Of a DNA stretch of 64,000 nucleotides, positions 21,103 through 31,900 are shown one piece after another. Both the position numbers and the translations under genes were made by a program. The stretch is from positions 64,001 through 128,000 of the forward strand of contig CAXXLZ010000001.1 of assembly GCA_963675595.2 (NCBI GenBank), written 5' to 3'. How positions within the stretch are numbered: the stretch's first letter is position 1; every line of letters begins with the position of its first letter. The notes beneath the pieces were generated by a model. That model did not search any database. It had not been told where the DNA came from and saw nothing but the letters and a program-made list of their open reading frames with translations. Source of the DNA: Thermodesulfobacteriota bacterium. GTDB taxonomy: Bacteria; Desulfobacterota; Desulfarculia; JACQYL01.

Positions 21103-21869
21103 AAGGTTTTCTCGCGGTCTACAAGAAGGAAATGTACTCGTCCATGGCATCACCCATCTTCTACGTAACGACCTTCATCTTCGTAGGCCTGATGGGCTAC
21201 TTCTTCTACGCTTCGGTCGCCTATTACAGCCTGGTGAGCTACCAGGCGGCCCAAAATCCCTACATGGTTTCCGAGCTGAACTTGACGGCGGCCGTGGTTC
21301 GTCCCTTTTTCGGGGACATGGCCATCGTCATGCTTTTTCTGCTGCCCCTTTTCACCATGAGGCTCTTCGCCGAAGAGAAGAAGTCGGGTACGGTGGAGCT
21401 GCTGTTCACCCTTCCCATTCGGAGCGGCGGCCTGACGTTGGGTAAATACGCTTCGGCCGTGTCGGTATTCTGTATTATGCTCCTGGGGACGGTTCCCATG
21501 ATCGTGCTCTTGGGAAGTTTCGGAAATCCGGATTGGGGAGTGGTGGTCTCCTGCTATTTGGGGGTCCTGTTGCTGGCATCGGCGTTCATTTCGCTGGGAA
21601 TGTTCGTTTCCTCTTTGACGGAAAACCAGATCGTGGCTGCGGCCGTTTCATTCGGTACGCTGCTGTTTTTCTGGCTGATTGGGTGGGTCAAATCCTACAT
21701 CCAGGGAGTGCCGGGAGACGTAGCGGAATATCTTGCGATCCTCGGGCACCTGGACGACTTGCTGAAAGGTCTGATCGACAGCCGGGACGTGCTCTATTAC
21801 GTTTTGTTCAGCCTGTTCTTCTGCTTTTGCACCCTGAGAACCCTGGATTCCCGGAGATGGAGGTCATAG
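21099..21869 (+). CDS. ABC-2 permease (GldF-like)
   Basis: TMRLFAEEKKSGTVELLFTLP and SSLTENQIVAA motifs, about 6 TM helices, ATGA overlap with the upstream gene. Confidence 0.9.
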   Translation: MKGFLAVYKKEMYSSMASPIFYVTTFIFVGLMGYFFYASVAYYSLVSYQAAQNPYMVSELNLTAAVVRPFFGDMAIVMLFLLPLFTMRLFAEEKKSGTVELLFTLPIRSGGLTLGKYASAVSVFCIMLLGTVPMIVLLGSFGNPDWGVVVSCYLGVLLLASAFISLGMFVSSLTENQIVAAAVSFGTLLFFWLIGWVKSYIQGVPGDVAEYLAILGHLDDLLKGLIDSRDVLYYVLFSLFFCFCTLRTLDSRRWRS

Positions 21870-23375
21870 ATGAGCGGACTTTCTCTGAAACTCAGATTCG
21901 GAGTCAACGCCGGACTGGCCACAGCGCTCTTTCTGGGGATTCTGGTCGTGGCGGCCTTGATTGCGAACAATCACCCGTATCGGGTCGATCTTACGGACAA
22001 AGGAACACACACTTTGTCCCCTCAAACAAAAAAGATCGTCCGGGGACTGACCGGAGAGGTGAAACTCTGGGCCTTTTATTTCGAGGGAGAGCAGGAGCGC
22101 TCCAAGACCCGTGACCTTCTGAACGCCTATGCGTACCAGTCTCCGAAGATCGTCTATGAATTCGTGGACCCCGAGCTGAAACCCGCCATTGTGCGAAAGT
22201 ATGACGTGAAGTCCGCGGGCACCGTGGTACTTGAAGGGTACGGTAAGACCCAGACGGTGACCCTGCCTTCGGAGCAGTCCATTACCAACGCCCTGATCAA
22301 GCTCACCTCGTCTCTGGAAAAGAAAGTGTATTTCCTGACCGGACACGGTGAACGGGAACTGGATGATTCCGAGCGCGCAGGATATCAGCAGCTCAAGCAG
22401 GCATTGGAAAAGGAAAACTACCGAGCCGAGAAGCTGAACCTTCTGCGCGAGTCGGCCGTGCCCGAAGATGCCGCGGTTGTTGTGGCAGCCGCCCCTCAGA
22501 AGCGCTTTCTCGACGCGGAGATCGAGAGCCTCAAGGGTTACCTGGCCAAGGGCGGGCGTATCCTGGTCATGCTTCAGCCTTTCTCCGACGGCGGCTTGAA
22601 AGACTTACTGGCAGGCTACGGAATCGTCATCTCGGAGGACATCGTGGTGGATCCCCTGAGCAGGGCCATGGGGGGAGACTTTCTGGTTCCTATCGTGGCC
22701 ACCTCGGGTAACCATCCCATCGCGGCCAATACTCGGTCCAACATGATCTTTCCTCAAGCCAGATCCACGTCGAAAGCGGATGAGCTTCCGCCCGGGGTGT
22801 CCATTGAAGAACTTGTGGTCACGTCCCCCGGAAGCTGGGCCGAAACGGGCATGGATGAATTGGATAAGGGCGAGGTCCGCTTCACCGAGGGCAAAGACAC
22901 TCCCGGCCCGCTGACCGTGGGACTCATCGCCGACATCAAGGAGCCGAAGAAGGACACCGACGGAGCCGTATCCGGCGAAGAATCGGAAGAAGCGTCCGTG
23001 GGCGCCGAGGGCGAGGAATCCATAACGCCGAAAGACGGCGACGCGGAGGCCGGGTCGGAAAAGACGGCCGACACGGAAGCCTCGGAAGACGTTCCGGACC
23101 CGGAGGGCGTACTAGTGGTCTACGGCAATGCGGATTTCGCCAACAATACTTTTCTGAGCATGTTGGGCAACCGTGATCTTATTTTGAACACCGTGAGCTA
23201 CTTGTCCGAAGACCGAGATCAGGTCTCCATTCGCCCCAAGGAAGCGGACTTTCAGCCTTTGACCCTCTCCAGGAATCAGAGCCTCGTCCTGTTCTGGATT
23301 TCCATCGTGTTGATGCCCTTGATCGTTCTGATCCTTGGGATTGCCGTGTATCGAATCAGGAGGCAACACCGATGA
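21870..23375 (+). CDS. GldG-like ABC auxiliary protein
   Basis: N-terminal TM, DLT...TLSPQT, VYFLTGHGE and a C-terminal TM; acidic insert near 22940-23100. Confidence 0.88.
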   Translation: MSGLSLKLRFGVNAGLATALFLGILVVAALIANNHPYRVDLTDKGTHTLSPQTKKIVRGLTGEVKLWAFYFEGEQERSKTRDLLNAYAYQSPKIVYEFVDPELKPAIVRKYDVKSAGTVVLEGYGKTQTVTLPSEQSITNALIKLTSSLEKKVYFLTGHGERELDDSERAGYQQLKQALEKENYRAEKLNLLRESAVPEDAAVVVAAAPQKRFLDAEIESLKGYLAKGGRILVMLQPFSDGGLKDLLAGYGIVISEDIVVDPLSRAMGGDFLVPIVATSGNHPIAANTRSNMIFPQARSTSKADELPPGVSIEELVVTSPGSWAETGMDELDKGEVRFTEGKDTPGPLTVGLIADIKEPKKDTDGAVSGEESEEASVGAEGEESITPKDGDAEAGSEKTADTEASEDVPDPEGVLVVYGNADFANNTFLSMLGNRDLILNTVSYLSEDRDQVSIRPKEADFQPLTLSRNQSLVLFWISIVLMPLIVLILGIAVYRIRRQHR

Positions 23376-24729
23376 GATACCGCAAACACATGGTATACGC
23401 CGCCGTCCTGATCATTCTGCTGGGGTATTATGCCTATTTCGAAGTATTTCGAGCCGAGCAGCGGGAACAGAAGGAAGAAGCGGACAAGAAGGTCTTCGCA
23501 CTGGAACCGGATACGGTGGACCATGTGGCGCTTTCCGGGAAAGACCGGCCTAAGATCGTTCTGACTCGCGGAGAAGAGAAATCCTGGCGCCTTCAGTCGC
23601 CTGTGGAATCCGAGCGGACGGAATGGAAGTCGAAGAGCTTTTAGGCCGTCTCAAGAACCTGAGCCGGGTAAAAAAGGTGGCGGACAAGGCTGAGAATCTC
23701 GCCCAATTCGGCTTGGACCAACCTGAGTTGAGCATACGGTATCGCACGCCGTCGGGTTGGCGCGAGCTCCTACTGGGAGCCAAGAGTCCCGTGGGGCAGG
23801 AAATTTACGCGAAGGTGGGGGACAACGACGAGGTGTTCCTGGTCGCTGCCATGGACAAGAACGTGCTGGGCAAGAGTCTGTTTGATCTGAGGGAGAAGCG
23901 GTTGTTTCCCTTCGGAACGGACGAGGTTGACGCCGTTGAATGGAAGAACGGGAATCTTCATGTCGCACTGTCCCGAGACGAAGACGGGCGATGGGTCCTC
24001 AAAGGCAACGAGGATTTCAAAGTAGACCGGAAGCGAGTGGACGAGGTCGTCCGCAATTTCTGTTGGGCTCGAGTCCGTGAGTTCGTTCAGGAAGACGACG
24101 TAGCGTTGGACAAATACGGCTTGGTTGAGCCGTCGGCCGAGGCGACTTTGGCCAAAGGCGGAAACTCTCAAACACTGTATTTGGGAGCGAAAACCAAAGA
24201 CGGTAAGGTCTATGCCAAGCTCAAAGGCCGTTTGGGGGTGGTGGCCCTGGAGGATCGTGTAATCGCCGACTTGCCCGCTTCCCTGTCGGACATCGAGGAT
24301 CGTTCCATCCTTTCCTTGGACGAAGACCAAGTGGGTGGTCTATCCTGGAAACGGGGGGACGAAGAGTACGTCCTGAAAAAGAGCAAGGAAGACTTCCGCT
24401 GGGCCTTTGAACGGCCTGAAAAACTGAAGAAGAAAGCGCTCGAATCCTGGAAGGCGGACGCCGTTGTTTCCTCTCTCGTTCGTCTGGAGCGCCTGGAAGA
24501 ACCGGACTCCGTACCCGAAGACTTGCGGGAACCCCGACTTGAACTTACAGTAAGTGATAAGGACAATAACAGCTTGGTGAGTCTGATCTTCGGCAAATCG
24601 GGGGACGAAAGCGAAATCGTGTCCGTGGGAATCCGCACCGGGGATACGATCAGACCGTTCCTGGTTTCCGGAGAAAAGGTGAGAGAAGTCGAGGCGAAAC
24701 TCAAAGATCTGGAGGGGGACGCTTCATGA
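23372..24729 (+). pseudogene. DUF4340-domain protein split by a 1-nt frameshift near 23610
   Basis: ORF 23372-23644 (TM anchor, ...WRLQSPVES) continues in another frame as RADGMEVEELL...FGLDQP (ORF 23623-24729). Confidence 0.75.
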
Positions 24730-24926
24730 CGTTCGAACAGTATAAAGATCTGGAAGCCAGCGAACTATATTGCCCGAAATGCAAAGCCGCCATGCCCGTG
24801 AGAAAACGGCTCTTGCTGGTCCTGCCCACAGGGGAGAAATATGATTATTACTGTGTCCGCTGCGGTACGTCGGTGGGAGACAAGACAAGCCGGAACCCGG
24901 ATGCGTTTCGTATTCTCAAGCCGTAG
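24726..24926 (+). CDS. Small zinc-ribbon protein
   Basis: YCPKC...YCVRCG; ATGA overlap with the upstream gene. Confidence 0.8.
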   Translation: MTFEQYKDLEASELYCPKCKAAMPVRKRLLLVLPTGEKYDYYCVRCGTSVGDKTSRNPDAFRILKP

Positions 24927-24946
24927 GCCGCCAAAGTGAGGAAATC

Positions 24947-26104
24947 ATGAATGCCGCCGACTTGAGTTACGAGGTGGGGCCCATCCGTCCGCCCAACGAG
25001 TCCAAGAGCCTTCTTCTTCGTCTCACCCGGAACTGCCCATGGAACCAATGCTTGTTTTGTCCCATCTACAAACGCAAGAAATTTTCTCTCAGGGCGGTGG
25101 ACGACATCAAAAAGGACATCCGGACCGCGAGGGATATCTACGACGAGATCAAGACATTCTCTTTTCGGTCGGGTTTCGGCGGACAAGTGAACGACGCGGT
25201 CCTGAGCGGCATTATGACGGCAACCGCCCTGAACGACAGCTTCCGTCAGGTGGCCGTTTGGATGTATTACGACACACGCGCCTGTTTCCTCCAGGATGCG
25301 GACAATCTGGTCATGCGGACCGACGACCTTGAGGAAGTCCTTCTGTTCCTGAGAGAGAAGTTTCCCGATTTGGCGAGAGTGACCACCTATTCGCGATCCC
25401 GAACCGTTGTTCGAAAGTCCTTGGAAGCGTTGAGGCGTTTACGCGAAGCCGGGCTGAATCGGATTCATATCGGCCTCGAAACCGGATACGATCCTCTGCT
25501 CAAGCTCATGAAGAAGGGGGTAACCCAGGCGCAACACATCGAGGCGGGTCAAAGAGCCATCGAGGCGGGCATGGAAGTCAGCGAGTATGTCATGCCGGGT
25601 TTGGGCGGCAGAGCCATGTGGCGTGAACACGCCGTTGAGACGGCTAAGACGCTCAACGCGATTAATCCTCACTTCATCCGCTTGCGGAGTCTTAGAATTC
25701 CCAAAAGAATTCCTTTGTTCGAGCTGGCCCAAAAAGGCGAATTCGAGCTCCCCGGCGACGATGAGGTTGCTCGTGAAATTCGGGTGTTCCTTGAGCACCT
25801 TGAGGGTATTACCAGTACTTTGACGAGCGACCACATCATGAACCTGCTCGAGGAAGTGGAAGGCAAACTGCCGGGGGACAAGGCTCACATGATCGCTGTG
25901 GTGGATCGGTACCTGAATCTACCGGAAAAGGAGAAGCTCATTTATCGGGTGGGGCGAAGGGGAGGCGTGTTCCGGAGCCTGGACGATCCGGACCGGAAGC
26001 CGGATACCTGTAAAAAGATCGAAAACCTCGTGACCGGCATGACGACGAACGGCCCTCAGGAACTGGAACGGTACATCAAAGAGATGGTGGATCAGTACAT
26101 CTGA
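24947..26104 (+). CDS. Radical SAM protein
   Basis: GPIRPPNE, CPWNQCLFC, HIGLETG. Confidence 0.9.
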   Translation: MNAADLSYEVGPIRPPNESKSLLLRLTRNCPWNQCLFCPIYKRKKFSLRAVDDIKKDIRTARDIYDEIKTFSFRSGFGGQVNDAVLSGIMTATALNDSFRQVAVWMYYDTRACFLQDADNLVMRTDDLEEVLLFLREKFPDLARVTTYSRSRTVVRKSLEALRRLREAGLNRIHIGLETGYDPLLKLMKKGVTQAQHIEAGQRAIEAGMEVSEYVMPGLGGRAMWREHAVETAKTLNAINPHFIRLRSLRIPKRIPLFELAQKGEFELPGDDEVAREIRVFLEHLEGITSTLTSDHIMNLLEEVEGKLPGDKAHMIAVVDRYLNLPEKEKLIYRVGRRGGVFRSLDDPDRKPDTCKKIENLVTGMTTNGPQELERYIKEMVDQYI

Positions 26105-26173
26105 GTTCACAATTACGGTTCCGCCTGTTGAGAAACGAGATCCGACCATCGGAGGCGGTGAGGCCCGTTAGAG

Positions 26174-26222
26174 AAGCTTTGGATGGGGTACGGGGGAAGA
26201 CTTCCTCGAAAGTCTTCCCCCG
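26174..26222 (-). repeat. REP-like hairpin copy
   Basis: GGGGGAAGACTT-CCTCGA-AAGTCTTCCCCC with tail, nearly identical to 10876-10932. Confidence 0.75.
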
Positions 26223-26287
26223 TGAATGCATATGCTGGTTTTGCCCCGGTTGGGTGTGGGCTGAAAATGGCACGGGCGGGGCCCTCT

Positions 26288-26770
26288 TCAGCCGGAGGCC
26301 GCCGACACGGCGTTGGCGTCGAGAAAGTCCTGAAGCTTTCGTACGTGTTGTTTTTCTTCTTCAATGACTTGATTCAGCTGTAATCGGGTCTCCTCCTTCT
26401 CGACTACGGACGCGATCATCTCATAGAACAGCACCGTATCCCGCTCGAATTCCAGGGCTGTGTCGACCAGTTCACGGACTTGTTCCATAGCGGGTATGTC
26501 CTTGTCCTGCAGCGAAAAAGCGCTTTCTCCCACGGCGTCTCGCAGCATCCTTCTCCCCAGTTCTTCCAGGTCCGGATTCGTGTGCACGCCTTTGGTGAGC
26601 TGCCGCATCTCCTGGAACCAACGGATGTGTGCTTCCTCTTCTTCGGCAAGCCATTGGAGCATGGACATCAGATCAGGATCGGAAACCTGTTCCATGGCTT
26701 GGCGGTAGACTTTGCTCCCATTTTTTTCCAACTGCACGGCAACGTCCAATATGTCGGCGATGGTAAACAT
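26288..26770 (-). CDS. Rubrerythrin/ferritin-like protein
   Basis: AVQLEKNG..Y, EEEAH, ALEFERDTVLFY and EEKQH diiron motifs. Confidence 0.88.
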   Translation of the reverse strand: MFTIADILDVAVQLEKNGSKVYRQAMEQVSDPDLMSMLQWLAEEEEAHIRWFQEMRQLTKGVHTNPDLEELGRRMLRDAVGESAFSLQDKDIPAMEQVRELVDTALEFERDTVLFYEMIASVVEKEETRLQLNQVIEEEKQHVRKLQDFLDANAVSAASG

Positions 26771-26987
26771 GACGGCTCTCCGATGCAAAGAAGACACATT
26801 TTGGACGGCTTCGGCCATAACCGGTCCGTCCCAGTTCCGACGGAATCAGCGATGAATTCATCCTGTCCCATTGACGGGAGCCGTGTCAACCCTCCGGGCG
26901 ATGTGAAAAAGGTCCGGCGTCGTCGGTTTGTTCGACTGTGCGATCCGAAGGCTTGAATCGTTGCGAAACCCTTTCATTGAGAAAGCA

Positions 26988-28928
26988 ATGAACCCATCAC
27001 ACGAAAGATTTATCCCCATGTCCCGACCGGAAATGGACCGGTTGGGTTGGGATGTCCTTGACGTCCTTTTGGTAAGCGGAGACGCTTATGTGGACCATCC
27101 CGCCTTCGGCACCGCTCTTCTGGCCAGGCTTCTGGAATCTCACGGATACCGCGTGGGCATTGTGGCTCAGCCGCGATGGGACGGCTTGGAGGACGTGACG
27201 CGATTGGGACGACCTCGGCTGTTCGCCGGTGTGGGAGCGGGCGCGCTGGATTCCATGTTGGCCCACTACACGGCGTTTCGAAAGAAACGGAAAGAGGACG
27301 CGTACTCACCCGGGGGGCGGGCGGGCCTCAGGCCCAATCGTGCCTGTATCGTTTACGCCAATCTGGTGAAGCGGGCTTTCCCCGGACTTCCCGTGGTCTT
27401 GGGGGGAATCGAGGCCTCTTTGCGGCGGGTGAGTCATTATGATTTCTGGTCCGACCGGGTTCGGCGTTCCATTCTTTTGGACAGTAAGGCCGATCTTCTG
27501 ATTTACGGCATGGCGGAGCGAGCCGTTGTGGAAACCGCGGACCGTCTCGCCGATGCGGCGGCCGAAGGACGAACCGATGAAACGGTCCTGAGAGGCATTC
27601 CGGGCACCGTATTCGCGGGTTCCGTGGAGGACGTGCCCGAGGGGGCTCCCCTGGTGGAACTGCCTTCTCATGAAGATATCCTGCGTTTGCCGGAGAAGCT
27701 CATGGAGGCGACGCCGGCCATGGAAATGCAGGTGCACGGCCGCGTCTCCTGGGCGTTCCAAAGAAGCGGGGATCGAACCGTGATGGTCGCTCCCCCGGCG
27801 GAACCGCTGAGCACTGAAGAAATGGACCAATTGTACGCATTGCCGTTTCAACGCCTGCCTCACCCCGACTACCGGGAACCCATCCCCGCGGCCGCCATGA
27901 TTCAATCAAGTATTACGAGCCACCGGGGTTGCGGTGGTGGATGCTCTTTCTGCTCCCTGGCGCTTCACCAGGGTCGACGGGTTCAGTCGAGGAGCCGCGA
28001 GTCGATTCTCTCGGAGGTGAAGCGGATGTCGGCGAGTCCGGAATTCAAAGGCGGTATCAGCGACGTAGGAGGTCCCACAGCGAATCTATGGGCCGCCCGG
28101 TGCGTGGAGGAAGGTCCCTGTAAGCGTCGGAGTTGCCTTTACCCGAGGGTCTGCCCCAAACTCGCCGTGGACTTGGAGGCCGGAGTGGAATTGCTGCGGG
28201 CCGTGGCCGGAGTGCCGGGCGTGAAACACGTCCGCGTGGCTTCGGGGCTTCGTTTCGACCTCGCCCTGCGGAATCCGCCTGCGCTTAGGGGGTTCATCCA
28301 TGAGTTCGTGGGCGGGCAATTGAAACTGGCGCCCGAACATGTCGTGGATTCGATTCTTGATCTCATGCGTAAACCGGGCGTCGCGCTTTTCGAGAAGTTT
28401 CTGGACCTTTTTTACGAAGAGTCCAAACGGGCCGGCAAGGAGCAGTATGTGGTGCCGTACTTCATGAGCGCCTTTCCGGGGTGCCGGGAGGAGGATATGA
28501 AGGAACTCGGCCATTGGCTGAGCCGTCGGAATTGGCGACCCAGACAGGTGCAATGCTTCATCCCAACGCCGGGAACCGTGGCTTCCGCCATGTATTATGC
28601 CGAGATCGACCCCAAGGGGCATCCCATCCACGTGGCGAAGAGCGACGCGGAACGATTGAGGCAGCACCATATCCTGCTCCCCAAAGAGTCGTCTTCCACA
28701 GAGGAACGAACATCCGACAAGGAAAGAACATCATCCAGGGGAAAGTCTCACTTTAGGAAGGAAACATCCGCGAGAACGGGAGCACCCGCACAAAAGAAGA
28801 CGTCGAGCGGGGAGAGGACGTTGAGAACGGCCGGCCCGGTCCGCGCGGTGCAAGGGAGAACAAAGAGTCGTTCCGAGAGTTCGAGGACTCCCCGACGCCG
28901 GGGAGGAGGTGGCGGAAGAACGAAATGA
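26988..28928 (+). CDS. YgiQ (UPF0313) family radical SAM protein
   Basis: GDAYVDHPAFG, HRGCGGGCSFC, SDVGGPTAN and LKLAPEH motifs; basic low-complexity tail. Confidence 0.92.
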   Translation: MNPSHERFIPMSRPEMDRLGWDVLDVLLVSGDAYVDHPAFGTALLARLLESHGYRVGIVAQPRWDGLEDVTRLGRPRLFAGVGAGALDSMLAHYTAFRKKRKEDAYSPGGRAGLRPNRACIVYANLVKRAFPGLPVVLGGIEASLRRVSHYDFWSDRVRRSILLDSKADLLIYGMAERAVVETADRLADAAAEGRTDETVLRGIPGTVFAGSVEDVPEGAPLVELPSHEDILRLPEKLMEATPAMEMQVHGRVSWAFQRSGDRTVMVAPPAEPLSTEEMDQLYALPFQRLPHPDYREPIPAAAMIQSSITSHRGCGGGCSFCSLALHQGRRVQSRSRESILSEVKRMSASPEFKGGISDVGGPTANLWAARCVEEGPCKRRSCLYPRVCPKLAVDLEAGVELLRAVAGVPGVKHVRVASGLRFDLALRNPPALRGFIHEFVGGQLKLAPEHVVDSILDLMRKPGVALFEKFLDLFYEESKRAGKEQYVVPYFMSAFPGCREEDMKELGHWLSRRNWRPRQVQCFIPTPGTVASAMYYAEIDPKGHPIHVAKSDAERLRQHHILLPKESSSTEERTSDKERTSSRGKSHFRKETSARTGAPAQKKTSSGERTLRTAGPVRAVQGRTKSRSESSRTPRRRGGGGGRTK

Positions 28929-28966
28929 GGGTGATGGGGAACCGGCTCTTTGGCTGTTTGCCGGTT

Positions 28967-31900
28967 TCATGAACGCGCTTTTGGGACGGCGCTTCGAAAA
29001 AGGGACACGTTCTTGTGGTCCGCCGATACGTCGAAGAGCGATCGAAGGACCCCTAAATAGGGGCTCAGCGCGGCCGGTTCTCCGTTGATGGTTTCAACGC
29101 GAATGTTTCGCAACGGCCGCACGGAACGCGTGAGCAGGTGTTCAAGGAAACCGGCGATCTCCGGTAGTCGGGGATCGTTGCAGGGAACGAAGAATTCAAG
29201 GACCGAACCGTTGCGTCGGGACACGCCGACCAGGTCCGTTCCGCAATACGCCAGGTGGTTCGAAGGCAATCTCTTGGCGCCCGACGACTTGCCGTGTCCA
29301 ATCGGGATTCCGCACAATGAGGCGGGATCGGCGGCATTGAACCAGAACACCCGTTCTTCGGGAATCCCTTTGACAAGGGCGCGGAACGCCTCATGGGAAA
29401 TGAACTGCGGACCGGGGATTTCCTGGAAGAACAGTCCCGACAACACTTCCCCGGATAATTCCATGAGGCGGAGGGTCCGGAAGAGGGCGTTCCAGCGCAA
29501 GGCCGGGACTTCATTGTCCAGGATCTGCCGGAACAGGATGCCGTAGCGGTCCAACAAGGTGCGCACCCGGTCCTTGTTTCGTTCCTCAGACGCGATCAGC
29601 CCCGTGGCCGTCTCGGCTCGAGGCAGCCGGTACCAGCTCCCCGGAAAGGGCGGTGCGTTTCTCAGCCGGGAGTAAATCCCGCGCCGTGACCGGCGTCTCG
29701 CCGCCGTTGTCGTTTGGCCCGCCTGCGGCGACGCAGGTATCTTGAAATTGGTTTCAATGCCTTTACGCAGGGCCGCAAACGTATCATTGGTGACTCTGCC
29801 GGACCAGACCGCCTTCCAGAGCTTCCGTGATCCCGTTTCGTCGTTCTTCAGCAAAGTGAGAAAATCATATCTGCCGTTAGGGTCCGGGAAAAGGCGGGAA
29901 AGGTCGTCCTTCCCTTCCTGGTCGGAAGCCGGCGCCGCATCCGTTTCCTCGTCTCCAGAGACCGGCCGCTTATTTTCTTCATCGAGCAACTCCATATCCG
30001 GTGAGAAGCAGAAGAGCACTCGTCGCTTCGGACGGCCGATCCAGTGAAGGACGGTTTGCTGAAATGCCTGATCCAGCATGAAAGGCCTATAGTCCGGAAT
30101 ACGCGCGGGAAGCACCTCCGTTTCCCACAAGTCCGCAGCCAGGGGAACGGCTTCGAGCTGTTCAATCGTTCGAAGCAAGGCTTCTTCGGCATTCGTATCG
30201 GAAACCGTCAGACCCTGGTGATGCGCCAGGAACGGTTGAAGAAGGCGGGATTCAAGGGGTTCGAATGCCGGAACGGACTCCGCCCGACCGAGTCGCAACA
30301 GGATTTCGAAGTTTTCCCCGTCGCAGATGAAATCATCGTCGGAATCGTCCAGCAGTCTCCCGCGAATCCATCTCTTCGAATCCACCAGATCATCTATGAC
30401 CGAAGCGCCCCAATCGGGGTCGATCCCGAGGGTCTCTTCGAGGAAGGTCGGAGGCTTTGGCCCGTAAAAGGACGCCCATTCCGCCGCAAGGGTTTCGCCG
30501 TGATTTTCGGAACCCTCCGGAACGGATTCGCGTCGAGGGAGACCAAGGGAGGCGGAGGAAGACTCAGGGCTGAACGGTTCGGAAATCAAGCCGTCATCGT
30601 CCGGGTACAAATATTGGGAAATCTCTCGGAAACTTTCCCGGGCGATGATCAACGGTTTTCCGGACCTGGATGGGACGAGTCTCACGAGTTTGCGCTCAAT
30701 CGGTTCGGTTAGGGTGCGGCTCGGCACTTCGTGGTCTCGTTCCGCTGCTTGGAGAAGCCGATTCCATTCGGGCAAAGGGATGAGAATTCTTTCTTTGACC
30801 CAGTCCAGCAGTTCCTCGGGACCGTCCGGGGGGTAACCCGAGGCCGTTCTCATGCGTTTGTCCTCGAACCGCCGGACCAATTCGGCGGAAACACGCGGGC
30901 GCAGGGCGTCGTCGAACACCGCCTCCCGGATAAGGTCGTCCCGAAGTCGGGAGGACCGGGCGGAAGCGGGCTCATCTCCCATGTACATGTATTGGTTCAC
31001 CAAACGCCAAGTCACACTGTGAGCCATGGGGCTGGGACCATTCAATCGGACATGGGACCAGGAAACGGCTCCCGACTCGATCTCCGCCAGGACTTGCTTC
31101 AGGCTTTCCAGGTCGAACTCGTCTTTGAGGCAGGTTCTCCAGGCCTCGAGCACCATGGGGAAATCTTCATAGCGGCCTACCGCATCCAGGAGTTTTCGGG
31201 CTCTGAGACGGTTCATCCACAGCGGTGTGCGCTCCTTGAACCTACCCTTGGGCAGAAGCAGAGCCCTCCCCGCGCACTCCCGGAACCTGGCGCCGAAAAA
31301 ACCCGAGCCCTCCAGGCGGGAGGCGAGCAGGCGTTCGACGGACGCCGATGTGACCATGGAAAGGAGCTCTTCCGGAGGTTCGTCGTGCGGGGACATGAGC
31401 ACGACGCAGTCGTTGCCGGTGAAGACCTCGACGTGCCGCCCGAAGGCCTCCTCCCAGGCGGCTTCGAGCGCCAGGGTAAAGGGCAGGTTGAGGCGTCCTC
31501 CCCAGAAGGTGTGGATTACGATCTGATTGCCGGAGCCCGTGCCCGCACCTTTTCTTATGGTCTCCACGAGAACGTGATGCCGGTGCGGAAGGGCGGTTCC
31601 GGTGGCTTCCTTCTGCTTTTTCAAATAATCGATGAGACGGTCGGCTGCGGCGGGTTCCATGCAGCACTCCCCTTCCAGGTGACGCCGAAAATCGGGGTCC
31701 CTCAAACGGCCGTCGGCGTCTTCCAGAAAGCACGCGATCTTGTCCGAAAAGTGAAAGTCCCTGTGGTATTCTTCTCCCCGCCAGAACGGGGCGGCCATGG
31801 CATTGGGATGTCCGGGAGCCACCAGCACGTCGTTGTGCGTGATCTTTTCGACGCGCCAATTCTGCGCTCCCAAGGTAAAGGTCTGCCCGACCCGTGTTTC

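Noticed and set aside
28690-28925. Tandem repeat at the YgiQ 3' end
   Set aside because: Only a loose (K/E)RTS-type low-complexity tail with no exact repeat unit.
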